Below are positions 30,386 to 41,275 of a stretch of DNA of 64,000 bases, piece by piece. Location: sequence record OQ603353.1; one strand, written 5' to 3'. A program made the translations under genes and the position numbers. Position 1 is the first letter of the stretch. Every line of letters begins with the position of its first letter. The notes beneath the pieces were generated by a model. That model did no database searches, was not told where the DNA came from, and was given only the letters and a program-made list of their open reading frames with translations.

Positions 30386-32914
30386 AAATCATTTTGCAAA
30401 TCCGTTGGCCCAGCGATGCTCCTGCCGCAGATGCAGCAGACGTGCCCCGTATCACCGACCGCTTGTTCAATCTCACGCGTCCGATTCTGGAAGAGTACGA
30501 CGCAGGCAACTACAATCTGGATGACGTGATGACTGCGCTGGAGAACGCAGGGTTCCTCAACCCGAGTCCCTACCGTCGCGCCGGTGTTGTCTCGCTCATC
30601 TGCCCAGCCCACGCTTACGAAGGTGCGGCCGATCTTGTCAGTACGGTCATGAAGAGTATTGCTGGGGGTACCGAGAGTGCAATCATTGTGTTCACCAATC
30701 CGGACATTCGCATTGGTGCAGAGGTTGGCATGTTCGTGGCTGGTCCTCAGTTCACACTGCTCAACGTGAGCTTCGACCCCAGCAAGTTCCTGTAACCAAG
30801 GAGACCGACGATGACTTGCCACTGTGGATCGTATTCGTGTATGGACTGCATCTGTCCAGATACCTGCGGTCTATGCGACCGAAAGTGGCACAAGTGCCAG
30901 TGTAGCACAGAGCCGCGTGAGTACGAGTTGGAGAACGGCCGCAAGTACCGAGCGGTCTACACCAAGACGCCGTTTATCGACGGCGAGTATCCGAAGGGCG
31001 GCATCGTCGTGCACGTGTGGAGCACCGAATGGTGCTACCTTGCCAACTGCGAATCGTGGGAGGCAGTGGACGAAATGATGCGGTTGCTGAAACGGCTGCC
31101 CGAACGCAAGGAGAGAAATGATGGGCAAATGGATTGACAAGATGCAGGTAGTGCATGGCACGACCATAGCCGAGTACAAAGCAATCTTGCTAGAGCGGGT
31201 ACGCCACCCTTCCAAGATGTACCGAGACTTGGGATGCAAGCCTGTTGTCAAGCCTATCTACCTGTACGAACTGACCGACGGTACGATTTTGAACACAGGG
31301 TATTATCCATTGTGCCGTTCGCTACGCACCATGCTGGGTGCCTCGATCAAGAGCGAGGAATTTTGGTACGGCGACCCGAGTGTAACGCCGCTCCTGTTCG
31401 CGCATGGAGCAATCGTCTTTCCTCAACGTGTGGAGAAGACCGCATGAATGGTACTGGCCTTGGCCCTCCACGTCCACGCGTGGTGACACTGTCCGAGTTG
31501 TACGGTAAGCCCTACCCTTTGATTCTTTCGATAGATCGCCTCCTTGAGGGCAACCACTTACCGATGAGTAAGCCCCTCAGTAGAGACGAAATCCTCAACA
31601 CCGATTGGACCCTCGTAGTTCAAACCTTTGCGCTGATTGCGTTCGGTCCAGAGGATATGGTAGCTGAGTTTGAACGTGCTAGGACCGAGGTCAAGCGTCC
31701 GCTGCACCCACGCACGTTCAAGAAGAACCGACTGGTCGAAGGTGTTTCCCTAGAGGGCACCTTCCTGATCCAAGGGCCTTTGCGTGGTTACGCACCCGGT
31801 GACAACGTGTGGCAACTCAGCGTTGATTACGCCGTTAACAGGAATCGAAAATGACACACATTGTCGCACCAAAGCCGAAGGAACGTTGGCTCAAGGAACA
31901 GACCACCAAGTTCCGTCCCCTCTACAACAAGCGCACCAAGCTTGGTTCGGGAAACAAGCTCACGTTGCTCGAAGAGTGGTGGACGGTTGAGAACACCGAT
32001 CACGTCGTAGTGGATGATGACGGCAAGCCCGTTCGCTTCCACTTCTTGCCGATGGCACAAATCTGCGCCGACTCTGTGAACGGTCCTACCGTTTCCCTGC
32101 AAGAGCAGACGCGCCAGATTCTACAGGACGTGGTGGACCGAAAGATCGACAACAACAAAGCAGTGGCTTTGTTGTTTGCAGTCTATGGGATTGACCTATG
32201 AAGAAGCTACTTAGGATCGTAGATGATTGGTGGTTGTTCATCGGCCGTGCTGCCATAGTGGTGTGCGTTACGTTCGTTGTCGGCATGATTGTATGGATCA
32301 ACGTGCTTACGATCAAGTCCAATCGTCACGCTAAAGAATGGTGCCCTCGACACAACGGCGTGCTGATCGAAGCAGGTTCCGGTAACGTCAAGTGCGTCAA
32401 GAGCATCGAATACTTCACCGAAGAGGAACTCAAGGCGCCATGACACCCAAGACCTTCCACATACAGGCAGGATACACCATTACCCACGGCGATCTGGAGG
32501 TAAAGAAAAACCGAGTCCGCTGGCGAGGTAAGACTATGGTGTACCTGGGAATTATGGAGCACGTTATCCAGCGTAACGTTCGTAAACTACTGCTGGCAGC
32601 GTAAAGGAGTCATGATGCACATTGTAGATTCGGGAGCCTTCACGATGGCGCTCAATGTACTGCGCCGTGCAGGTAAGACCGAAGTAGCTGACGAACTAGA
32701 GAAGGCCAGCAGGACGCTGCACCCACGTGACCTCGCTGAGGCAATGGACCATGTGCTACAGACCAAGACCGAAGACGTGATGGACGGCGGCTACTACGAA
32801 TCGCCCAACACTTCGTTAGGCGATGATGCACTGGAACAAATGACCACTGTGATCGACGGCAATCTCTGCTTGGTTCCGTTTGCTGGTCGCGTGCTCAACT
32901 CAATCAAACCATAA
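30382..32914 (+). other. run of hypothetical genes (30382-30795, 30811-31137, 31118-31447, ~31444-31854, 31851-32201, 32198-32443, 32440-32604, 32612-32914)
   Basis: Coupled ORFs without recognisable motifs. Confidence 0.6.
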
Positions 32915-32924
32915 GGAAAGACTC

Positions 32925-33245
32925 ATGCCATACTCTACCCGTAATCGTGGCCTCTACATCATCATCGCGTTGCTCACGGGCATGCTGGGGTTCCATAACT
33001 TCTACGCAGGTCACTTGAAGAAGGGTGGTCTCCAGTTCTTGGCCACCGTGGTCAGCATCCTGATTATCCCCGTGACTGCCATGCTGTCTGTCCTGATTTC
33101 TGGCGGCGATGACAGCGGTGGAGCATCCAAGCTGGTGATGTTCGCTGTAGTGGCTGCGCCTGTGCTCGCAGTGTGCAATGCAATCAGCGTGATCCTGGAC
33201 ATCGTTGAAACCAAGACCGATGGCTATGGCGATTTGATGCGTTGA
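32925..33245 (+). CDS. TM2-domain membrane protein
   Basis: IALLTGMLGFHNFYAGHLKKGGLQ plus further hydrophobic helices. Confidence 0.8.
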   Translation: MPYSTRNRGLYIIIALLTGMLGFHNFYAGHLKKGGLQFLATVVSILIIPVTAMLSVLISGGDDSGGASKLVMFAVVAAPVLAVCNAISVILDIVETKTDGYGDLMR

Positions 33246-33276
33246 AGAAGAGGCCCCAATTGGGGCCTCTTCTTTT
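33245..33276 (+). terminator. terminator (perfect 30-bp palindrome)
   Basis: AAGAAGAGGCCCCAATTGGGGCCTCTTCTT at 33245-33274, then TT. Confidence 0.8.
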
Positions 33277-33327
33277 GCCGGAAATAAGGAGAGATTGAAG
33301 ACCAGTTAAGGCCGAGGGCAAGCCTGC

Positions 33328-33337
33328 CTAATTTCAG
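33328..33337 (+). promoter_or_regulatory. candidate late promoter CTAATTTCAG
   Basis: Second copy, 23 nt before ATG 33361. Confidence 0.55.
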
Positions 33338-33360
33338 ATGACCTATGTAGAGCATCTAAT

Positions 33361-34116
33361 ATGCGCATCCTCAAAGCAACAAACAGTGCCGACAAGTCTA
33401 CGCCAGAGCCCAAGTATGAAGGCATTAGTGCTGGGCTGCGTCGCCTCGAACTTTCGTACATTGATGACACGGGTGTCGCCAAGCCAAACAGTGCGCCTAC
33501 TGTGCATCAGAAAAATCTGGAGAACGTGGCCTACAAGAATCCGAAGAAAGCATACAACAGCTTGGTCAAGGATTTGCGTGGGGCCAAGCATTTCAAAAAG
33601 GACTACGCGTACATCAAGGTGAAGAATACTGGTCATGGTGGCGGGCATCGTCTCCATATCATGCACGTTCCAACCCTGCACAAGGAACTGCACAGGATGC
33701 ACGCAGCGTACAAGTCCGGCGGGGAGACTGCTCTCAAGAAAGCTGTCCTCGAACACGCTAGATCAAAGTCGGGGCACGGACATGCAGGCCATGTCCGAAT
33801 GGTAGGCGATCAGGTTGGCATGGCAACGTTGCACAAGGAACACACAAAGAAGGGAGTGATGCACGATCTGTATCACCACCTTGTTACCAAGGAAGGCAAG
33901 AAGCTCCGAAGCTCCTCGCAATCCAAGGGCGCTCGGGCGCTGTGGACCAAGCTGTCCAAGCACAAGGACTTGCAGGTTCACGCGCTAGTCAACCACGGCG
34001 ACGGGGTAGTCAAGCTCAAGCCCGGATTGACACACGCATCTGGCCATAGCGTCTATGACAAGAAACACAAGCCCAACAAAGACGTGTACGCTCTGCACCT
34101 CAGCAAGAAGAAGTAG
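33361..34116 (+). CDS. His/Lys-rich protein with probable C-terminal GNAT-like domain
   Basis: LHKEHTKKGVMHDLYHHL...LRSSSQSKGARALWTKL resembles the rG.G.a..lY / S..QS.ga..lW pattern of phage GNATs; 25 of 251 residues are His. Confidence 0.6.
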   Translation: MRILKATNSADKSTPEPKYEGISAGLRRLELSYIDDTGVAKPNSAPTVHQKNLENVAYKNPKKAYNSLVKDLRGAKHFKKDYAYIKVKNTGHGGGHRLHIMHVPTLHKELHRMHAAYKSGGETALKKAVLEHARSKSGHGHAGHVRMVGDQVGMATLHKEHTKKGVMHDLYHHLVTKEGKKLRSSSQSKGARALWTKLSKHKDLQVHALVNHGDGVVKLKPGLTHASGHSVYDKKHKPNKDVYALHLSKKK

Positions 34117-34121
34117 CCCAG

Positions 34122-34153
34122 AAAGGCCCCTAGAAATAGGGGCCTTTTCTTTT
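34122..34153 (+). terminator. Rho-independent terminator
   Basis: AAAGGCCCCTA-GAAA-TAGGGGCCTTT plus T-tract. Confidence 0.85.
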
Positions 34154-34172
34154 GCCGGAAATAAGGATGGGT

Positions 34173-34197
34173 TGCCAAAATGGCAATCCTGTAAATA
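34173..34197 (+). promoter_or_regulatory. TGCCA-AAA-TGGCA plus TGTAAATA composite site
   Basis: Same architecture as 26356 and 41224. Confidence 0.7.
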
Positions 34198-34217
34198 TAG
34201 GATACAAGGAGGACGAT

Positions 34218-35594
34218 ATGATCCCAGACTTTGACCTGTCCAAAGCAGTGCGCCAAACCAAGTTCGTGGGCCCCAACTCGAAGACAGGTAACTGCACTGA
34301 GGCGGCTATTGCCACCCTGCTGCAAATTCCCCTAAGCGCCGTTCCCGAATTCAATCGTAGCGGAGACGACGCATCTGACTTTTGGGAGAGCGTTGAAAGC
34401 TTCTTGGTAGAGCACGGGCTCTACATCAAGTACACCACCAAGCACAAACAAGGTGTGTATCTCGTAAGCGGCCCTACGGTAAGGGGCCGGGGTCACCACA
34501 CTGTCGTCTACAAGGATGGACAGTTGGCGTGGGACCCGCATCCCTCCGACGCAGGCGTCACCGAAGACGTGTGGTGCCTACACCTTCAAGACACGGATCC
34601 ATACGCATGAGTACCGACTGGAGTAAAGCAATGGTTATTGACTGGGAACTGCTTGCCCTTCGTATGCTTGCAGCCAACCAACTTGGCATCCGCATTGAGC
34701 AAAGCGACGGTCATCGTTGGATCATCGAAGACCTGTGTTCTGAATTCTGCCTGCACCTGTTCGGGGAGCCTGTACCCCTCAACGTGGTGGACCCTGAGCG
34801 TGAAGCCTACCAAAAGGTATACGGTTCCTATAGCGCTGCCCTCGATTTGATTGACGAACGGTTAGTTGCCAAGGGCCACAAGATTCTGGCAGAGCAATTC
34901 GATCACATCAATTACCACAACGACCTGTCAAACATCTTCGGAGACGGCGTGCAATGATTTTCAATGAGGATGAACTCAACCGAATAGCCGATCAGCTTGT
35001 GGGCAAGACCGCTGAGATTTGGGATGCACGTACGATACGCGAAGTAGCCCGAATAGGCGAAGTTCCCTTCTACCTGAAAGGCACCGTGGAGCAAATGACT
35101 GTAAGCGCTCACGTAGGCAACATTGTCGCACGTGACGAACAGGACCAACCCATCTACCTGACGATCAAGGGCTGCATTTGCTGGGAGGGTCGATACACTC
35201 TGCGCGCCGACCTGAACTACGAACCGTACATGGGCTCTGTGGGAGCCGTCCCTGTTGACATTGAATGGAACCAACCATGAGCAAGATCAAATTCCCGCAG
35301 GGCATGCGGGCCTATCGTCCACCGATGCACGCACCCCGACACGCCGTTACGGCACTGACCCTCGATGTTGAGGAATTCATTGCATTCCTACGCGAGCAGA
35401 AGTCCGACGTGGTACGCCTCAACGTGTTGGCATCCAAGGGCTCGGGTCATCATTACGTCTGTGTCAACGAGTGGCGACCGGGCAACCCTGTGCAGGAAGA
35501 GGCACGTGCGAAGCGTGCGCCTAAGCCGCAGCCGGATCATCATGATTACGAGGATCACAGCGTTCCACTCAATGACGAGGATATTCCTTTCTGA
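34218..35594 (+). other. four hypothetical genes (34218-34610, 34607-34957, 34954-35280, 35277-35594)
   Basis: AAGGAGG RBS and ATGA coupling; the first has NC..A and GHH..V, a peptidase-like Cys/His pattern (weak). Confidence 0.62.
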
Positions 35595-35764
35595 TGCTAG
35601 GACCTACTGATACCATCACAGAGTTCCCTGTGCCACGGCCCCGAACGTATCCCTCTGATGGAATGTTTACATGGGAAGGGCATCGCATCCACACTCACAG
35701 CAAGCCCGAGCCGCGCAGGCGGGGCAAGAGTAAGTACACCCGAAAGAAGGGGAAGCGCAAATGA
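35594..35764 (+). CDS. 56-aa peptide with basic C-tail RRRGKSKYTRKKGKRK
   Basis: Translated by hand; TGATG overlap upstream and ATGA overlap downstream. Confidence 0.75.
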   Translation: MLGPTDTITEFPVPRPRTYPSDGMFTWEGHRIHTHSKPEPRRRGKSKYTRKKGKRK

Positions 35765-38211
35765 GCAAGACCCTGTTGACCCAGCACGCTGAGGCTCATA
35801 CCAACCTGACCATGTTTGGTGCGATCCAGTCCCTGTGCGAAAGCGGTTGCTTCTACGGTGGACGGGTCCACCCGGCACTGGACAAGATCATCAAGATTTG
35901 CAAGGCCGAGCAGCGCAAAGAACTCAAGATCATGGACAAGGCTGCGGAGAAGCTGAAATGAAATTCGATCTACTGACCGCGTATACGATGTTCGACCTTG
36001 CAGGTTTCAAGGTCACCAGCATCACTGAGATTCCGAACGACTATTGGCCTCGCACCTCCCTGTACGAACAGCTGCGAGCCGAAAGTCCTTGGTTCGTCGT
36101 AGGCACTGACTTCGGTGGTGTTCGCATCGGTTGGCGCAAGCGCGTTATCTCGATTGAGTGGGATAGCGCTATGCACAGCGGCATCATCACCGAGGACGAC
36201 ACCACCAAGGACCCGCATATGGTTCACGCGTGGAGTCGCGCTGATGCAGTGAAGTACCTTAGCAACCTTCGGGAGGCAGCGTATGCAGCCAAGAGCCGCA
36301 GGCCCACCCAAGTACAGGTAGAATCCAATGAATCTATGTGAGCTTCTGCATCGACCGTTGTTCATGCCCAAGGACGCAATCAAGTGTAGCTACTGCGGCT
36401 ACTACAACATGCCCAATACGGAACGCTGCCTTGGCTTCCTGTGTGGTGCCAACCTGCGCCCTACCGGCGGCGGATTCGTGGAGTTCTAATGACTAGCGCG
36501 CCTGAAACCACAAGCGTTACAGCCCGTATCGCACAGTCCATCCGTGAGCAGATCGGTACGGACTTGCCTACGATCACTCTGATGAATGGACAGATCATCG
36601 ACATTCAAGAACTGGCGCGTGCTATCGCAGCGCGTCTCGGACCTCCCAAGCCATGAACACATACATCTACCGACCGTACATCCAAGGCCCCGGCACTCAC
36701 ATGCTGACGGTTGCGACAGATAGGCAGTCTGCCGTAGTCAACATTGTGCGCAACCTCAAGCACTATTTCCCCGATGACGTTGCCAAGTTCAAACCCGAAG
36801 CCCTGACTTCTATGGTCAACGGGCAAACGTCCATCCTCCTCCTGAATGATACCGCTGTCATCCTGCCGCCTGATAGCACCGTGTCGATTGGAGTTTGACG
36901 TGAGCTACTCAGTGTTGTTCCGGCCGCAGCGTGGCGACTTTCAAACTAGCTACGCTGAGACTGTGCGAGTACGTAACACCCCCGAGGGTATTGCTGCACA
37001 CCTGACTCAGATACTCGGTCAGGTGGTGGGCCCTTCGCAAATCACATTCGAGGATGCAGGCTTTGACAAGCGCCTCGGTACCAACAATCAATACGTTCTT
37101 CTCGACGGCCAATGCGTAGGCTACGTTTGGGAAGGCGACGAAATCTAAAGGACAGACCATGCTTCCGCAAGCCCGTTACCTCGTTGCTTTCAGCAACTGC
37201 TACTTCCACTTCACGGACACAATGATGCCGCTGCGCATTCTTGAAAACTGCGACGTGGCCATTCAGATCAAGCCGAACATGGAGCTAACTCTCATCAAGG
37301 TTCGTACCGACACTGCGCTGCTCAAGCTGCTGAATGCCGAGACTTCAAACGAAACCAAAGACCTGTACGACGGCAAGCCTCCGAGAGAAGACAAGCGTGA
37401 TTGGCGCGCGTTCAAGATCGAGTGCATCAACAACAGTCCCATCCCGGCTCCACTCATCTAAGGGGCCGCGTATGGGAACTTACATTGGTGGATGCGCCGA
37501 GCGAAAGACTGACTCGGGCTGGGAGGTTGTAGAGATTCACCTGCCGTGGCTGCTGGACTATCAGTGCTACGAATACTTCGGATGGCTTGGTGGGGTGCGC
37601 AACTATGCAGCTGTGTCCTCGGTTGCCGAACAACGTGGCCTACCTGCCGACGTATCCAAGGAGGCTGAGGTTGAGTACGATCACTGCTACGATGCTAGTT
37701 CCCCTAGTTATGTCACCGTGGAGGAACTGCTTGCCATCGACTATCAGCAGTTGGTTGAGAACCGTAGATGGGATGGCACGCATCTACGCTCAGGGACTTT
37801 AACGTGCGAGCCGGGTCAGGGCGAGACGATGACCCTTGAAGAATACCTCGGTCCGGAGCGCGTGGCCGAGATTCGTTCCCTGCCAGATAAGGGTATCGAC
37901 CGACTTGTGTTTTGGTTTAGCTGAGGATCGTCATGTTCGAGAAAATCAAACGCTACTTGTTCGTCCAGTTGATGCGGTACTTCATCCACGACAAGATCAA
38001 GTGGCAGGCAATCTTGCACGTCTACTGGATTGAATACCGCAAGCGTTACACCGAAGAGACGACGCCCACTTCCCTTGACAGCATCTACACTGTCTTGAAG
38101 GAGGCATCCGAACGTGAGTTGGCTGCCAGCGCACGTGATCGCAAGATTCGGGAACTCAATCAGCAAGTAGCACAAATCACTAGCGAGAACTATCACGACT
38201 ATTGGGACTAA
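35761..38211 (+). other. run of small hypothetical genes (35761-35961, 35958-36341, zinc-ribbon ORF ~36328-36490, 36489-36656, 36653-36898, 36900-37148, 37159-37461, 37472-37924, 37933-38211)
   Basis: Coupled ORFs. Confidence 0.6.
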
Positions 38212-38214
38212 ACC

Positions 38215-38598
38215 ATGAAAGAGTTAGGCCATAGCGGCATAATGATTTATCCGCTTACTCCGTTGCAGTCCGAAGCCTCAAAGATTCTCGCGGAAGAATG
38301 CGTAGAGCTTGCGAAGGAATGCAGCAAGATCGAGCGTTGCGGTTTGCCATTCATTGCGACTGGTGAAGCACTCACGTTCAAGGAAAAGTTCACTGAGGAA
38401 ATTGCGGACGTCCTCACGCTGATCGACGAGGCAATCGCTGCCGGGTTGGTAGATCGCCAGCGCCTTGTCCAAGTGCTTGACAACAAGCCCGCACGTCTGC
38501 GCAAGTGGACGACCCACCTTGGCTACGCTCCAGTGCGTTACGCCAATCCCCTGCTCCTCAACTTCAATTCTTCTGACGACACTTCGGATCGAGACTGA
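38215..38598 (+). CDS. MazG-like nucleotide pyrophosphohydrolase
   Basis: ILAEECVELAKECSK...EEIADVL (ExxE/ExxD). Confidence 0.75.
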   Translation: MKELGHSGIMIYPLTPLQSEASKILAEECVELAKECSKIERCGLPFIATGEALTFKEKFTEEIADVLTLIDEAIAAGLVDRQRLVQVLDNKPARLRKWTTHLGYAPVRYANPLLLNFNSSDDTSDRD

Positions 38599-38600
38599 CT

Positions 38601-40289
38601 ATGACCATTCGCTATATCCACCTGCGCTCCCCGGTAATCCCGTACCTGCAAGAAACGGGTGAACACTTCGGCGGCATCACTGTGGCCTACGAACTGTGGA
38701 CCACCAAGGACCCGACCGGCGTCTCCCACCTGTTCGCCAACGTAGCACTGGCCCTGTGTGATCACCGGGATCGTTACAACAAGGTGGAAGGCCGTCGCAT
38801 TGCTTCCGAGCGCCTGCGCAATCGTCTCTCGGTGTCTCCGCTGCTCGCGTTCACCACGCACCTTGGCTTCGCTGCTATGGAAGAGGAAGTTGGCCACGGC
38901 GTCGGTTCCTATATGGACCGCTTCTACGCCAAGCTGACGCGCGACGCTTCGGGTGGCATCGACGTGAACGAACGCGAAATCAAGGTCACCAAGATTCTGA
39001 CCCAAGTTGCCATCCAGCATGGCGAGGTTTGCTTCTACTCTTGGGGAGGCAAGTAATCGAAAGGGGGCCTTCGGGCCCCATTCCATTGAGGGACATACCA
39101 TGCAATATACAGGCGGCTGCGGACCTATGCTAATCAGTAGCAGTACAAAGTGGCTCACCAAGATTCACCTCTCCCAAGAGGACGGCAAATGGAAGGCCAC
39201 ATGGAAACCAACTAACGGGTACCACCCAAAGGACTGCCCTTCTTTCGTGTTCAGCGCTGCGACTCCTGTGGAAGCCTATGCTACTACAATGGCCGAAGCG
39301 TCCAACTACCTGCTGTGTATTTTCTGGCAACCGCCTCGGACATACAACGGAAGGTACAAGCCTGCGCATCTTGCACTGCTCGATGCAATCACGCTCCAAG
39401 CTAAGAGGGATCGCAATGGGAATTGAAAACGGCGTAGGACTGAGTTACAACGACTACCGAGCAATGAACGGTCGCCAGATTGTGTGGCGATTGGTAAAGG
39501 AAGCGAACGGTAGCTTCACTCACATTCTGGAATTCAACGGCAAGCGCGGCATCTTCCCCAGCGATGATCCCGAGGATATTGAGAAGCATTCCAAGTACCT
39601 CAACGCAGAGTCCTACCTGCGCGCTATTAACGTGGTCAGCAATGGCGACGGTACTGCAACCGGGACAGGCCATCTGATCGTGGCAGAAGACTACTTCACC
39701 TTTGCGCTTGCGATGGTTCCGATGGTTGTTCGCCAAGGCAGGCACAAGGGCAAGAATCTCCCGATTAAGAAACAAGTGTGCGTGTTCAAGGCAGGCAAGA
39801 TCGCCGACTACCTACATTCCGAGGCCACGGTATGAGCAAGATCGACGTACAGGAAATCATGCGCGAAGTGCGTGAGAACCTAGACCGACTGCAAGCGTGC
39901 AAGGGCCACAAGTGGCCGAAGATCGAACGTGAGAAACGTTCGCCGTTGGAGAAGTACACGTGCACTGAATGCAAGGGCAAGGTCGGCTTCACTGAAATGC
40001 TCTACTACGTGCGTGGTGCTGTGCACTACGGCGGTGTAGACCCCAACACAATCTCCCCGGAGTGGCCGTTCAAATGAGTGATAGCTTTGTAGTGCAACAG
40101 AAGCTGGGAACGAAGTCGCTGTATTTCACCACCATTGATCGAGGCGGTGCCGTGTGGTCCGAAGGTGATCTGGCCAAGGCCACTCAGTTCGCTTCGGAAA
40201 TCAATGCACAGGACATTGCTGAATTCATCGCCGAACGTGCCGTTGGAACTTGGGAGGTAGTGACGTATGCGACCGCCGCAGCCGCGTGA
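38601..40289 (+). other. hypothetical genes (38601-39056, 39100-39426, 39416-39835, 39832-40077, 40074-40289)
   Basis: Coupled ORFs. Confidence 0.6.
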
Positions 40290-40809
40290 AGTTTGGACCC
40301 ACACAAACGGGAGGGACTACACTGTCCTGCTGATCGCTAACCAGCATTCAGAGAATCCGAAGTACCCTCCGACCGTCGTGTACGAAGGTGACAACGGTAG
40401 GGTGTGGAGTCGCCCGCTTAGTGATTGGCATCGCTCCATGACGTACAAGGCGGAGTGTCTGCACAATTGGGTAGATGCGCGCAACAAGTACATCGACTCG
40501 GGTGAGGTATGCCTGACCTGTTTCAAGATGCGTGCTGGCAACCCGACTACGGAAGGATTCAAGATCAACTGGATCGACCCGGAATTGTCCTTGGTGCATG
40601 CCAAGCCTATAACGGTTATGCCGCAGGACGTAAAGAAGACCCTCAATGATTGGATCGAAAAGGAGTACCCTGTTCTATCCAACATGCGCCGCTTTGTGGG
40701 CAGGTATGAAGAAGGTCAAGGCTACCCGGTGGTGCTCGACGGCTGCATGATGGGGCGAGTGGCTGTTGCTTACTTTGATCGTGACCCTTCGGACTATCTC
40801 TATGACTAA
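40267..40809 (+). CDS. DUF1653-like N-terminal domain protein
   Basis: WTHTNGRDYTVLLIAN...TVVYEG...VWSRPLSDW. Confidence 0.55.
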   Translation: MRPPQPREVWTHTNGRDYTVLLIANQHSENPKYPPTVVYEGDNGRVWSRPLSDWHRSMTYKAECLHNWVDARNKYIDSGEVCLTCFKMRAGNPTTEGFKINWIDPELSLVHAKPITVMPQDVKKTLNDWIEKEYPVLSNMRRFVGRYEEGQGYPVVLDGCMMGRVAVAYFDRDPSDYLYD

Positions 40810-41221
40810 GCCCGGCATCTTTCTAATCCAATGCGAGCTAGAAGGAAGGCTCCTCATTCAACTTCTCAGTGAAGGTGGCTCCCAGCAAATCGCCCGTGCC
40901 AATTTTTACGCAGACGACCGTGGCGCGTGGGTGTTCAATGTGCTGGTGCATGAGCCGTTCCGTAGGATGAAGATGGGTAGGATGCTGCTAGAAGGAATCG
41001 CAACCTACCTCCGTGATCCTGACAAGACTATCAGCTTCAAGGTAGACCACGACAACGAGGTGGCGCTGAAATTCTACAGCAGCTTGGGGTTCAAGCGAAC
41101 CGGAGTATTGCAGAATTCAAGAGGCGCTGGGCTGGACGAAGTAGTCATGGAGGCTCGGATACGAAACACCACGGTGAGCCCACCAACCATGAACAAGTGG
41201 ACTTATCAAATCACGGTATAG
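40802..41221 (+). CDS. GNAT acetyltransferase
   Basis: NVLVHEPFRRMKMGRMLL...VDHDNEVALKFYSSLGF. Confidence 0.88.
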   Translation: MTKPGIFLIQCELEGRLLIQLLSEGGSQQIARANFYADDRGAWVFNVLVHEPFRRMKMGRMLLEGIATYLRDPDKTISFKVDHDNEVALKFYSSLGFKRTGVLQNSRGAGLDEVVMEARIRNTTVSPPTMNKWTYQITV

Positions 41222-41223
41222 AG

Positions 41224-41248
41224 TGCCATTTTGGCAACCCTGTAAATA
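41224..41248 (+). promoter_or_regulatory. TGCCA-TTT-TGGCA plus TGTAAATA composite site
   Basis: Directly upstream of the winged-helix regulator gene. Confidence 0.7.
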
Positions 41249-41275
41249 TCAGATACCTAACACACTAGGACTGTC

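Larger units (their letters stand above)
33262..34167 (+). repeat. 29-bp direct repeats flanking the His-rich GNAT gene
   Basis: GGGGCCT(C/T)TTCTTTTGCCGGAAATAAGGA at 33262-33290 and 34139-34167, one mismatch. Confidence 0.9.

Noticed and set aside
39064-39079. GGGGCC-TTCG-GGCCCC hairpin as a terminator
   Set aside because: No T-tract follows; left unannotated (possible RNA-stability element).
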